Source: Eubacteriales bacterium
GTDB lineage: Bacteria > Bacillota > Clostridia > Oscillospirales > CAG-272
Assembly: GCA_045659405.1 (NCBI GenBank)
Contig: JAZOWX010000065.1
Coordinates: 9,574-73,573, forward strand
Direction of reading: 5' to 3'
Length of the DNA: 64,000 nucleotides
Part shown: piece by piece, positions 44,166 to 53,185 of the stretch
Position numbering within the stretch: the first letter of the stretch is position 1
How the letters are laid out: the number at the start of each line of letters is the position of its first letter
Made by a program: the position numbers and the translations under genes
Notes under the pieces: model-generated
Database searches by the model: none
What the model was told of the DNA's origin: nothing
What the model saw: the letters and a program-made list of their open reading frames with translations, nothing else

Positions 44166-45416
44166 TCAAACTAACGGCAAGAACATGCTAAGCACGAGCG
44201 AGCCTGCGATAACCGATGCAATCTGACCTGATACGTTTACACCGATAGAGTGCATAAGGAGGAAGTTCTGGTTATCCTCTTCAAGTCCGAGCTTGTGAAC
44301 GATTCTGCCCGCCATGGGGAATGCGGAAATACCCGCAGCTCCTATCATCGGGTTGATGAGCGGTTTGCCGAGCAGCTTCATAATTACGTTGTAAAGCTTT
44401 GCGAAGAGCACACCGCCTGCGGTATCGACAACGAATGCGATAAGACCGAGGCCGAGAATGAGCAGGGTTTCAACCGCAAGGAACTGATTTGCGTTCATAT
44501 TGAAAGCGATTGTTATACCGAGGAATATAGTTACAAGGTTTGCAAGTACCTTTTGCGCTGTTTCGGAAATTGACTCAAGCACACCGCACTCGCGGATAAG
44601 GTTACCGAACATAAGGAAGCCGATAAGCGAGCCTGCCGAGGGTACGAATACGCAAGCAACGATAGAGATGATAATCGGGAAGAGAATTTTTGTGGTTTTG
44701 CTTACCGATTTTGCAGCGTATGCCATACGGATTTTTCTCTCGCCCCTGGTAGTGAGCAGCTTGATTACAGGGGGCTGTATGATAGGAACGAGCGCCATAT
44801 AGGAGTATGCCGCAACCGTAATTGCACCGACGTAGTTTGAGCCGAGTGCGTTAGCAACGACGATAGAGGTAGGACCGTCTGCCGCACCGATAATAGCGAT
44901 AGACGCATAATCTCTTGCCTCGGGGAAGAATATCGAAGCCATGCAGAGGGTGAAGAATATACCGAACTGTGCGGCAGCTCCGAAAATCATAAGCTTGGGG
45001 TTGGAAAGAAGCGGACCAAAGTCAATCATCGCACCGATACCGATGAACAATAGCAGCGGGAACAGCTCGTTTGCTATACCTGCGTTGTAAAGCTCATGCA
45101 GCGGCTCTGCGATACCGTGATACACGTGTACGGTCTGTTCTACGAGATGCTCTGCGGTACAGCAGGCGTTAGCGGTAGCTTCGTTGAATACCTCACCGCA
45201 TATTGCGCAAATTGTCTGCACCTTTTCGGATACAACTCCGGGGAAGTTCATCAGGATTGCACCGAAGCCTATCGGCAGAAGCAGGGGAGGCTCGATTTCT
45301 TTTTTGATTGCGAGGTAAATCAGGATTCCGCCAATGACCCACATAATGATCATTTTCCAGTTTCCGTCCTTACCGAATTCCAAAACGGGGTCGAATAATG
45401 CTAAAAGTTCCTTCAT
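44166..45416 (-). CDS. Sodium ion-translocating decarboxylase beta subunit (OadB/GcdB/MmdB family)
   Basis: 416-aa polytopic ORF with family strings EPPLLLPIGFGAILMNFPG, FIGIGAMIDFGPLLSNPK and GAAAQFGIF. Confidence 0.9.
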   Translation of the reverse strand: MKELLALFDPVLEFGKDGNWKMIIMWVIGGILIYLAIKKEIEPPLLLPIGFGAILMNFPGVVSEKVQTICAICGEVFNEATANACCTAEHLVEQTVHVYHGIAEPLHELYNAGIANELFPLLLFIGIGAMIDFGPLLSNPKLMIFGAAAQFGIFFTLCMASIFFPEARDYASIAIIGAADGPTSIVVANALGSNYVGAITVAAYSYMALVPIIQPPVIKLLTTRGERKIRMAYAAKSVSKTTKILFPIIISIVACVFVPSAGSLIGFLMFGNLIRECGVLESISETAQKVLANLVTIFLGITIAFNMNANQFLAVETLLILGLGLIAFVVDTAGGVLFAKLYNVIMKLLGKPLINPMIGAAGISAFPMAGRIVHKLGLEEDNQNFLLMHSIGVNVSGQIASVIAGSLVLSMFLPLV

Positions 45417-45830
45417 TGTTTTTTCCTTTCGGTATGTATTATTTATTTTAAAAAATCACAAAAATAAAGACCTCGGTACTGCTTTGCTCACACTTTGCTG
45501 ACTGTGAACGACGGCTGACTTGCCGTAAGTACCAAAAGTCTTGTTCGAAAAACGTGATATTTCCGAGCGATGTGCGCTGTGATGACGAAAATACCAAGCA
45601 TATTGACAGAAAGCGGTTTCAGGAAATCCGAAATCTGTAAAATATGTCAACTACTCCCTTTTTTGCGGCTATATTTTAACACAGAGCATGGTAAAAGTCA
45701 ATACAAAAAACGTTATTTTACGCAAATTTAACATAGGGCGCACGCACGTGCGTGTGGGGCTAAAAACGGCAAAAAATATGAATTATCAAAGAAAAAACTT
45801 GTAATAGCACTGTTAAAATCGGAATTTTTT

Positions 45831-45862
45831 CAAAAAAAAGAGATTGCCCGAAGCCGGGCAAG
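45831..45862 (-). terminator. Intrinsic terminator after the helicase gene
   Basis: TTGCCCG-gctt-CGGGCAA followed by a T8 tract on the minus strand. Confidence 0.85.
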
Positions 45863-45928
45863 CTCACGCTGTTTTATTATAGCCTCAATCTTTAGGGGCG
45901 GTGCTGGGGTTGTTTCGGGAGTCTGCTG

Positions 45929-48346
45929 TCACGTTTGAGCCGTGTCAAAGCTTTTTCCGCTTTCAGCCCAGAATTTGTCAAGCTCCTCTCGAAGAAGCTT
46001 TGCGTCAGGAATAAATTTCATACCCGACCATAGCTTTGGCATAGTTTTCTTATATATCGGGTCATCAAATCTGTCGTCTATAAGCACAAGCACACCGTAG
46101 TCGTCCTCACGTCGGATAACTCTGCCGCCTGCCTGCAAAACCCTGTTTATTCCGGGGTAAACGTATGCAAACTGCATACCCTCCTCAAACCTCTCGTCGT
46201 AGTACTGACGCATTGCTTCACGCTCAAAGGAGAGAGCGGGGATTCCGATGCCGACTATAACTGCGCCGATAAGGCTGTCACCCGCAAGGTCAATGCCCTC
46301 GGAGTATATTCCGCCCATAACGCAGAATCCGATAAGGTATGATTTGTCGTTTTTGTCCTTGAATTTTTCAATAAATGCGCTCTTTTCGGCACGTGTCATA
46401 TCCCTCTTTTGCGAAATTACCTGAATTTTCGGGTATTTTGAAGCAAAAGCCGCCGCCAATGCCTCGGAATAGGCAAACGACGGTGAGAAAATCATATAAT
46501 TTCCTCGCTTTGCCGAAACCGTAGCGGCAATTATTTTGCAAACAGCGGATAACGTGTCCTCTCTTTCCGAAAGCCTTGTGCCGACCTTGTCCATAATCGA
46601 CACCGAAAGCTGACCTCGTGTAAAGGGGGAGTCAACCTCTAAAAGCTCGGCATCTCTGCCAAGACCGAGCATTGCGCTGTAATAGTAGAGCGGTGAGAGC
46701 GTTGCGGAGAAGAATACCGCGGACGAGCCGAGGTCGAGCCTTTTTGAAATTTCGCCCGAGGGGTCAACGCAAAACAGCTTCAAGCGGAGCGTGCCGCCCG
46801 ACAAGAACATAAAGGTTTCGTACGAGCTGTCATAGCGCATAAGCGCCGAATAAAGCTTTTTTACCGTGTACAGATAGCTTCGCAAAAAGCGGATTCTGTC
46901 CTCGCCCCTATCGTCATTTGCCGAATAGGAGCGCAAAAGCTCAATCTCGGTACACTCTGCAAGTGAGGAAAAAATTCCGTAAATCTCACCCGGAACCTCG
47001 CTCATGTGCGTGGCGGCAACCGTATCACCGTGGCTGTCATGACGCATCTCGTCACGAAGGTATGCGTTGAGCGTTTTTCTGAATTTTAAAACAGCCTCGC
47101 TTACTGCCGCACGCAGGGGCGAAAGCTCGCCTATCAGCTCACAGCACAGCGGCGCTTCAAGCTCGGTGTCGGTGATTTCGGCAGAATATATGCTCTGGGC
47201 TCTGTCGGGCAGGTTGTGCGCCTCGTCAAACAGAAATGCGTATCCGCCGCCCGAGGTGAAATACCGTCTTATGTAAACCTGCGGGTCAAACAGATAATTG
47301 AAGTCGCAGATTACAACGTCGCAAAGCTCGGAATAGGTGAGAAGCAGCTCGTACGGGCAGACCGAAAACTCTCTTGCAACAGTACGTGCATCGGTGAGCG
47401 TTACTACGGTTTTGCCCATTTCGTAAAGGGCGAGTGCCGCATCCGCAAGCTTGTTGAATTTTTGATTCTTGCACAGATTTTTCCGTCTTTTACAAATGAG
47501 TCCTGACTCGCAGGAATTTTCCTTTGAGGAAAGAATCACCCCTCGGATGATAGCGCCAACCTCACTCATACGCATAAGGCAATCACGTGCCGCCTCTGCC
47601 GTGGTTGACTTCGGGGTAAAGTAGAATATTTTATCGCACCTGCCGCCACCGTATGCACGAAGTGCGGGGTAGAGGGCGGATACCGTCTTTCCCGTGCCTG
47701 TCGGAGCTGCCCCAATCAGCCTGCCGCCCCTCGAGATTGCACGGTATGCCGAATGTATAAAGCTCGACTGTCCCTCTCTTATATCGGGGTAGGGAAAACG
47801 CATATCGGCAAGTGTTGGCAGCCTCTTTGTAACACGGTCAATTTCTGGCCTTGCATATATGACGGTTGCGCATACGCACTTGTTGAAGAAGCTCTCAAGC
47901 TTCTTTATGCTTGTAAACTCTTCTTTACAGCCAAAATAACCGAAAATGCTGTTATTGTAAACCATAATTAACTTTACAGCATTCAAAGAGCGTTCTTTTG
48001 CGTATATATAGCCACTGATATACGCCTCGGCTCGGCACTGCTTTTCAAGCTCACGGTCAGGCGCTTTTGCCTCTCCCTCAAGCTCTGCGAAAACATAGAT
48101 TTCACCCGCCCTCTCGTATGCATCGTCAAAGTTAATCTCAAAGCGTGCGACGGGTGTTTCAAAGGTGTAGTGGGGTGTGAATTTTTCAACACCGGGGATA
48201 AGCTTTTTGGCTACCGCATCGGCAGAGGCAATACGCCTTGGCTCATCCTCGTCACAAATCGGGGTAGGCGCAAACCGCCCTCTTGCGATGCTGACAAACT
48301 CGCGGATGTCCATAAGAATGCAGTCTTTTTCCTTTGCGTATCGCAT
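45929..48346 (-). CDS. DinG/Rad3-family ATP-dependent DNA helicase with an extra ~190-aa N-terminal domain
   Basis: 805-aa ORF with Walker A AAPTGTGKT and a DEAHNL box. The N-terminal domain is unassigned; a nuclease-like role is only a guess. Confidence 0.85.
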   Translation of the reverse strand: MRYAKEKDCILMDIREFVSIARGRFAPTPICDEDEPRRIASADAVAKKLIPGVEKFTPHYTFETPVARFEINFDDAYERAGEIYVFAELEGEAKAPDRELEKQCRAEAYISGYIYAKERSLNAVKLIMVYNNSIFGYFGCKEEFTSIKKLESFFNKCVCATVIYARPEIDRVTKRLPTLADMRFPYPDIREGQSSFIHSAYRAISRGGRLIGAAPTGTGKTVSALYPALRAYGGGRCDKIFYFTPKSTTAEAARDCLMRMSEVGAIIRGVILSSKENSCESGLICKRRKNLCKNQKFNKLADAALALYEMGKTVVTLTDARTVAREFSVCPYELLLTYSELCDVVICDFNYLFDPQVYIRRYFTSGGGYAFLFDEAHNLPDRAQSIYSAEITDTELEAPLCCELIGELSPLRAAVSEAVLKFRKTLNAYLRDEMRHDSHGDTVAATHMSEVPGEIYGIFSSLAECTEIELLRSYSANDDRGEDRIRFLRSYLYTVKKLYSALMRYDSSYETFMFLSGGTLRLKLFCVDPSGEISKRLDLGSSAVFFSATLSPLYYYSAMLGLGRDAELLEVDSPFTRGQLSVSIMDKVGTRLSEREDTLSAVCKIIAATVSAKRGNYMIFSPSFAYSEALAAAFASKYPKIQVISQKRDMTRAEKSAFIEKFKDKNDKSYLIGFCVMGGIYSEGIDLAGDSLIGAVIVGIGIPALSFEREAMRQYYDERFEEGMQFAYVYPGINRVLQAGGRVIRREDDYGVLVLIDDRFDDPIYKKTMPKLWSGMKFIPDAKLLREELDKFWAESGKSFDTAQT

Positions 48347-48376
48347 AAGTGCGCCCCCCTTTTTCGTTTTTTTATA

Positions 48377-48405
48377 ATTTTAACATATCGCGCGAACAAA
48401 GTCAA
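48377..48405 (-). promoter_or_regulatory. Sigma-A type promoter of the helicase gene
   Basis: Minus strand TTGACT, 17 nt, TAAAAT. It marks the left limit of the phage-like block. Confidence 0.6.
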
Positions 48406-48438
48406 TAAAGCCGAAGCTTTTAGCCGTTTGCCTTTGCT

Positions 48439-49284
48439 TTATTTTTCCTCGCACACCTCTTCGGAGTTACACCCCGAAAGAAATGAGGAAAGAAGCTTTG
48501 CCTTTGTAGAAAGCCACAGACTTGCCTTATCCTTTGTGTAGCTGTATCCTGCGACGTAGCCCTTGATTGCGATTATCGGCAGGGCAGAGAGCTTCATTAT
48601 GCTCTCTATCACCGTCATCGCATCAAGTCCGTCCTTTGCCCCAAGCACCACCGCTCCTGTGAAAAAGACCGAAACCGTGGCGGGGATAAGCCTCATCAGC
48701 ATAGAGAAAAGCTTGTTTTTTTCAGGGCTTTGCAGCTCACTTTTCGTCTTTGCATCAAAGGATAGAAGCATTCCCGGGGTAAGCTCCGTCGGCTTCATCC
48801 CGAAGACCTTGCGAAAGATTCGACGCTCGTTTTTGGTTGCCGCGCCCTCGCTCTTTATGCGCTCGTAGTCGGAGAGCGTCAAGCCGTATTTCATAAGCAC
48901 ACCCTCACGGCGAAAGCCCAGCTCACGGAGCGAATAGTCCTTGCAAAACTCACGCAGAGCGTAGATGTTGTTCGGCTTTATTTTTTCTGCCGCCGCATTG
49001 TAGTGTGCAAGTGCCGCCTGATATTCCTCGCTCTCACGTCCGAGCCTCTCGCCGGATGACTCCATTGAAAAATACATAAGATAGGACGCAAGCAGCATAA
49101 GCAGTACCGTGCCTGTGACGTTTTCATTCAGCCTGCCGATAAAGCCGATATCGGTAAAGGTCACCAAAACGGCAACCGCAAGCGTTATCAGCGCAACAGC
49201 CTTTCCTGCGTTGTTGATTATGCTCATATACCCCTTTTTAAGTATAGCGTCCGAATTCAGAAGCGAAAGCTCAAAGTCATTCAT
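48439..49284 (-). CDS. Phage-block membrane protein (281 aa), unknown function
   Basis: Hydrophobic helices at the N-terminal and C-terminal parts. The start overlaps the upstream stop. Confidence 0.6.
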   Translation of the reverse strand: MNDFELSLLNSDAILKKGYMSIINNAGKAVALITLAVAVLVTFTDIGFIGRLNENVTGTVLLMLLASYLMYFSMESSGERLGRESEEYQAALAHYNAAAEKIKPNNIYALREFCKDYSLRELGFRREGVLMKYGLTLSDYERIKSEGAATKNERRIFRKVFGMKPTELTPGMLLSFDAKTKSELQSPEKNKLFSMLMRLIPATVSVFFTGAVVLGAKDGLDAMTVIESIMKLSALPIIAIKGYVAGYSYTKDKASLWLSTKAKLLSSFLSGCNSEEVCEEK

Positions 49285-49657
49285 TTTTCACCCTCGTTTT
49301 CTTTGCAAGTCTGAAGAATACCGAGCCTAAAAGATTTCCGAGAAATCCGAAAAAGGATATCACAATCATCTCGTCGGCTATTTTACAAAGCAGGTAAAAG
49401 AGTGCGAAAATTATAAACCACACGGTTGTTGCCGACGGTGTTTTCAGCCTTGCCGTCACTATGCGCATAAGCGGCAGAAACGAGATGATAAGCAGGAGCA
49501 TAGCCCAAAGAGATATCAGCTTTTCAGGCTCGCTGTCCCGACAGAGCGGAAAATAAAGCAGAGTGCATACAGCAGGCGGAGCTACCGAAAACATCACTCC
49601 CAAAAGCCGCAAAACCCAAGCGCTGACGTTATTCTGCTCTTTGACCTGATGCATCAC
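49277..49657 (-). CDS. Phage-block small 4-TM protein (126 aa; holin-like by size and topology only)
   Basis: Four hydrophobic segments and a basic C-terminus. It overlaps both neighbouring genes. Confidence 0.55.
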   Translation of the reverse strand: MMHQVKEQNNVSAWVLRLLGVMFSVAPPAVCTLLYFPLCRDSEPEKLISLWAMLLLIISFLPLMRIVTARLKTPSATTVWFIIFALFYLLCKIADEMIVISFFGFLGNLLGSVFFRLAKKTRVKNE

Positions 49658-50372
49658 CGAGCGCCTCCCGCATCTTATTCAATTTTTCACCGAGCGCCGC
49701 CTTTCTGTATTCGGGCAGAGAAGAAGACATAAAAACTTCAGAGAGGGCGTCTATCTGACAGCGCAAAATTATTTCGGTTGACGCCTGCGTTTTCTCAAGT
49801 CTGTCTATGCCAGAAAGGCTAGCCTCAAGCGCTGTGAGCTTTTCCTCGAAGCTTTTCAGCACGGATTCCGCACGTCCGAGGCTCTCTTTCATTTTTTCGC
49901 TCTGCTCGCTCAAAGCTCCCGTGCCAAGCTCGGTATTTTCCTTAAGCTGTCCGAGCGCCCCCGCTATTGCCGTGAGTGAATTTCTTACAAGCGGCAACAG
50001 TCCCTTTTTATAGGCAAAGGAAAGCACAGCCGTGCCGATGAGCGTCAGAGCGCAGAATATCTCGCCCGAATAGTCGCATATTTTATCAAAAATCAGCTCG
50101 AAAATATTGTAGTCCTCTCCGCTCGGTGCGCCCTCGTCGGTTGGAGCGCTGTCGGGAGTTGGTGCGCCCTCGTCTGTTGGTGTGCTCTCGACGGTGGGAG
50201 CGCCCTCTTTGCTCGGTGCGCTGCCCGTGCCTATCGGCGCTTGCACTTGTGCGGTTGCCACAGCGATTTGCTCCGAGGACTGCTCTGCGACCTCATTTCC
50301 CGAAGCCGAGGCGGTCAGCGCAAGTGCGCAGATGAGTATGGTTGATATAAGAAATGTAAAGATTTGTTTCAT
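49629..50372 (-). CDS. Phage-block secreted or membrane protein with a Pro/Thr/Glu-rich repeat and a coiled-coil C-terminus (247 aa)
   Basis: Signal peptide MKQIFTFLISTILICALALTASA, EGAPT/DEGAP repeats, one TM helix, then a heptad-like segment. Confidence 0.6.
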   Translation of the reverse strand: MKQIFTFLISTILICALALTASASGNEVAEQSSEQIAVATAQVQAPIGTGSAPSKEGAPTVESTPTDEGAPTPDSAPTDEGAPSGEDYNIFELIFDKICDYSGEIFCALTLIGTAVLSFAYKKGLLPLVRNSLTAIAGALGQLKENTELGTGALSEQSEKMKESLGRAESVLKSFEEKLTALEASLSGIDRLEKTQASTEIILRCQIDALSEVFMSSSLPEYRKAALGEKLNKMREALGDASGQRAE

Positions 50373-50394
50373 TTTTTACTCCTTTTTTGTGTTT

Positions 50395-50784
50395 TTAAAA
50401 CAATACGCTTTCAAAGGCTTCGCTCTCAAGCCTTTTCACCTTGCCCTCAAGTAAGGTCAGCCTTTGGTTTAATTTGATACACGCACTCTCGACTCTTATG
50501 ACATCCTCGTCGGTGTATATGCGGCGGATAGCATCATCGCTTTTCTCTATCCTGCAAAGCGCAATCGTCTGCCCCTTTAGGTGTAAAAACAGGGTGTGTA
50601 TGCCAAGGGGGATTTTTGAGGTCCGAATAGAGCCGCTATCCCCAAAAAGCCTTGCAAAAGCGCCGCCGAGGCTTATTTCTGCGCCATCCGGAGCGCCGAT
50701 TACCGTCAGCTTCAGCTCCTCGCCCTCGCAACGGGCGCAGGCGCAGACGTAAGGAGAGCTGTCTTTATAAAGAGAATTAGTCAT
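50395..50784 (-). CDS. Phage-block hypothetical protein (129 aa)
   Basis: I prefer the start at MTNSLYK (50784), which overlaps the upstream stop as ATGACTAA and has GGAGGA upstream. Confidence 0.6.
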   Translation of the reverse strand: MTNSLYKDSSPYVCACARCEGEELKLTVIGAPDGAEISLGGAFARLFGDSGSIRTSKIPLGIHTLFLHLKGQTIALCRIEKSDDAIRRIYTDEDVIRVESACIKLNQRLTLLEGKVKRLESEAFESVLF

Positions 50785-51046
50785 AGTATTCATCCTCCGA
50801 AGGCTCACTGCCCATATATCCGTCCTCTGTTTTATGTATCATAAGAATGTAGCTGCCCATATCGGTGTATTCCACCGTCAGCTTTGAGTCGGTTGTGTTG
50901 ATTACGTATCCGTTACCCTGCACGGGCTTGTATCCCGCACTCGCTAAATCCTCTGCTGTGGGATTGGTTACTATCATATCTCCGAGCGTTATCGAATATC
51001 CGTTATAGAAGGTAATACTGCCGTTATTGTCAAGTTTTCCGTACAT
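50777..51046 (-). CDS. Phage-block hypothetical protein (89 aa)
   Basis: ORF in the operon with a GAAAGGAA RBS. Confidence 0.55.
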   Translation of the reverse strand: MYGKLDNNGSITFYNGYSITLGDMIVTNPTAEDLASAGYKPVQGNGYVINTTDSKLTVEYTDMGSYILMIHKTEDGYMGSEPSEDEYYD

Positions 51047-51071
51047 TTTAATTCCTTTCTTCTTTGTGACG

Positions 51072-52217
51072 TTATTTTTTGTAGTATGCTAAAAGCTTGT
51101 TGGGCACTCCGCTACCGTACACCTCTATTCCCACGTATCCCTTTGCCACTCTTGGAATATCTATGCAGGAATTTTCCTTAACGTAGAGCTTTTCGGCTCT
51201 TGCGTATACGATACTCTTGGGGTACGAAAAGGCTTGGCTCGCAGTGTAAATTCCGAAGTACGGCGAAAAATATACGGTGCTCTCGTCCACCAACGTATAT
51301 GCATATTCCACGCCAATTATGTCCTCCACGCTATCCTTTCGGGGATAGGTGTAGAAAAGGTCCATAGGTCTGTTCATATCGGCAGGGACGGGAAGATGAA
51401 GCTGAATTATCTGCGGGTCTGAGGGAATTTCGGCAAAGAATGCTTTATCACGGGTAAAGGTAGTACGCATAATTCTTATCGTGCTGCTTTTGTTTTTCCA
51501 GTCAAAGGTGTCGTAAATACCGACACCCCCAACCGTATGGCCGCATAAGGGGTTTGACATACTTATCGTGTACTCATAGCCTCGGTAGTAATCGAAATAG
51601 TCGTAGTCGTGCGCTCCCTCGAATATACCGAAGCTCAAGACCTCTATTCTGTAATAATCTGCCGTCGGTATCTGCGAGAGCTTTATTTCGGATATGGTTT
51701 TTCCCTCGACGCTTGTGTAGGCTATGTAGCAGTCGTCGCTGTCGCCCGACATAATGTCCTCACTGCTTGAGTCGGTGTAGCATATCTGTATACCAGTGCT
51801 TGAATTTCTCTGACCTATGAAGTGGAAGCGGAAGGTGTACACGGTATTTTCCTTGAAAAGCTTTGGGTTAGAGCCGATGATATTCGCATATTCATCAGCG
51901 TAGTCGTACCTGTACTGAAAGTAGCTGTCCTCGTCAAACATACACTCAATGTAGGACGAGTACATTGTTGCCATAGCCTCGAAAAAATCAAAGCCGTCTA
52001 TCAGATTAATTCCGTGTATGCGCACCTTGATATTGTATTTTCCCGTCGATTGGTCAAGCGTTCCGAGCGGTGACGAAATCGTATTTGCCTTTCCGTATAT
52101 CACAAGATTTTCGAGGTTGTCATCGCAGGATGAGTTGTAGGAAAGGCAGTAAGAGCCAACGGCACACTCGCTTCCGCTTGCCGCATCAGAAAGTCGGTGT
52201 AATATGCGGCTATGCAT
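51072..52217 (-). CDS. Phage-block structural protein (381 aa), unknown
   Basis: The start overlaps the upstream stop (ATGCATAG). It sits after the fibre-like gene. Confidence 0.6.
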   Translation of the reverse strand: MHSRILHRLSDAASGSECAVGSYCLSYNSSCDDNLENLVIYGKANTISSPLGTLDQSTGKYNIKVRIHGINLIDGFDFFEAMATMYSSYIECMFDEDSYFQYRYDYADEYANIIGSNPKLFKENTVYTFRFHFIGQRNSSTGIQICYTDSSSEDIMSGDSDDCYIAYTSVEGKTISEIKLSQIPTADYYRIEVLSFGIFEGAHDYDYFDYYRGYEYTISMSNPLCGHTVGGVGIYDTFDWKNKSSTIRIMRTTFTRDKAFFAEIPSDPQIIQLHLPVPADMNRPMDLFYTYPRKDSVEDIIGVEYAYTLVDESTVYFSPYFGIYTASQAFSYPKSIVYARAEKLYVKENSCIDIPRVAKGYVGIEVYGSGVPNKLLAYYKK

Positions 52218-52680
52218 TTTCGATACCTCTCACGTGGCATTGAAGCTTTCCGTCATACCAGAATACCGCCGTGTAGTGCATATTTGACTCCGGAACGAGC
52301 TTATCTCCTATAACCGAGTGTCCTGTGAAGCGTACCAGACCTTTCGCATAAGAAAGAGTCGTCGGAGTATTGCCCGAATCAAAGGTCAGCACGCAGTAGA
52401 AATCCTTTTCATAGCTGAAAGGGCCATATATCGTCAGACGTGACATCTCGCCAAATCTTATGTCGTGGCAGTGTGAGAGCCTGATTGTTGTGCCGCTCGG
52501 CTCTTTGACCTCGCCGCCGAGCATTTCAAGCTCTGAAAATTTGCTCTCTCCGTTGCCGATTTTTATTCTGTATCTTCCGCCCTCGCTTTTTGAGAGGGCA
52601 AGCTCACCGTCGTCTATAACAACGTCGTTTTCCGCCCATTCGGCATCACTGCCGCGCAGGTGCTTTACTTTATTCGGCAT
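52210..52680 (-). CDS. Tail-fibre-like protein (156 aa)
   Basis: N-terminus HLRGSDAEWAENDVVIDDGELALSK...RIKIGNGESKFSEL fits the R-G-[ST]-x-A-x-W...G-E-[LI]...K-I-G-[DN]-G motif. That motif is common at the N-termini of phage fibre and HylP-type proteins. Confidence 0.6.
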   Translation of the reverse strand: MPNKVKHLRGSDAEWAENDVVIDDGELALSKSEGGRYRIKIGNGESKFSELEMLGGEVKEPSGTTIRLSHCHDIRFGEMSRLTIYGPFSYEKDFYCVLTFDSGNTPTTLSYAKGLVRFTGHSVIGDKLVPESNMHYTAVFWYDGKLQCHVRGIENA

Positions 52681-53167
52681 CAGGCATTCCCTCCGTTCTC
52701 ATCTTCGGTGTTCCGCAATCAAGCACGACGTACTCACGGGCGGTGTAGCCGTCGCCCATATCACGCTTGACTGCCTTGATTTCGCGAAGGATTATTTCGG
52801 ATATCTCCTTTATCTCGGTAGCGTCACCGATAAAGCGCTCTATACGCTCTGTGAGCGTTTCACCGTAAACGTCAAGATAAGAGGAGAAATTGCCGTTTTT
52901 AATATCGGATAACAGCTCGGACAGCGTGTGTCCTTCTCTGATTCCCGTGGGGATAAGCGCTGTAATTGATTCGCCCTCGCCTGCGCTGATAGAGTCCACA
53001 AGCTGATTGAATTTTTCAATTATGAAAAGCGGAAGTCTGTCAAATGCCGCCTTCATTTCGGCGGCGGTGTAGCCCTTTCCGCCAAATGAGGTGGGCGCTG
53101 TCGGGCGGGTCGGCAGCGAGGAGACCTTGAGCGCCTCTATATCCTCCGTAAGTATTTTACTTACCAT
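52670..53167 (-). CDS. Phage-block hypothetical protein (165 aa)
   Basis: ORF in the operon. Its stop overlaps the downstream start. Confidence 0.55.
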   Translation of the reverse strand: MVSKILTEDIEALKVSSLPTRPTAPTSFGGKGYTAAEMKAAFDRLPLFIIEKFNQLVDSISAGEGESITALIPTGIREGHTLSELLSDIKNGNFSSYLDVYGETLTERIERFIGDATEIKEISEIILREIKAVKRDMGDGYTAREYVVLDCGTPKMRTEGMPDAE

Positions 53168-53185
53168 AGTTTATTCCTTTCTTTG

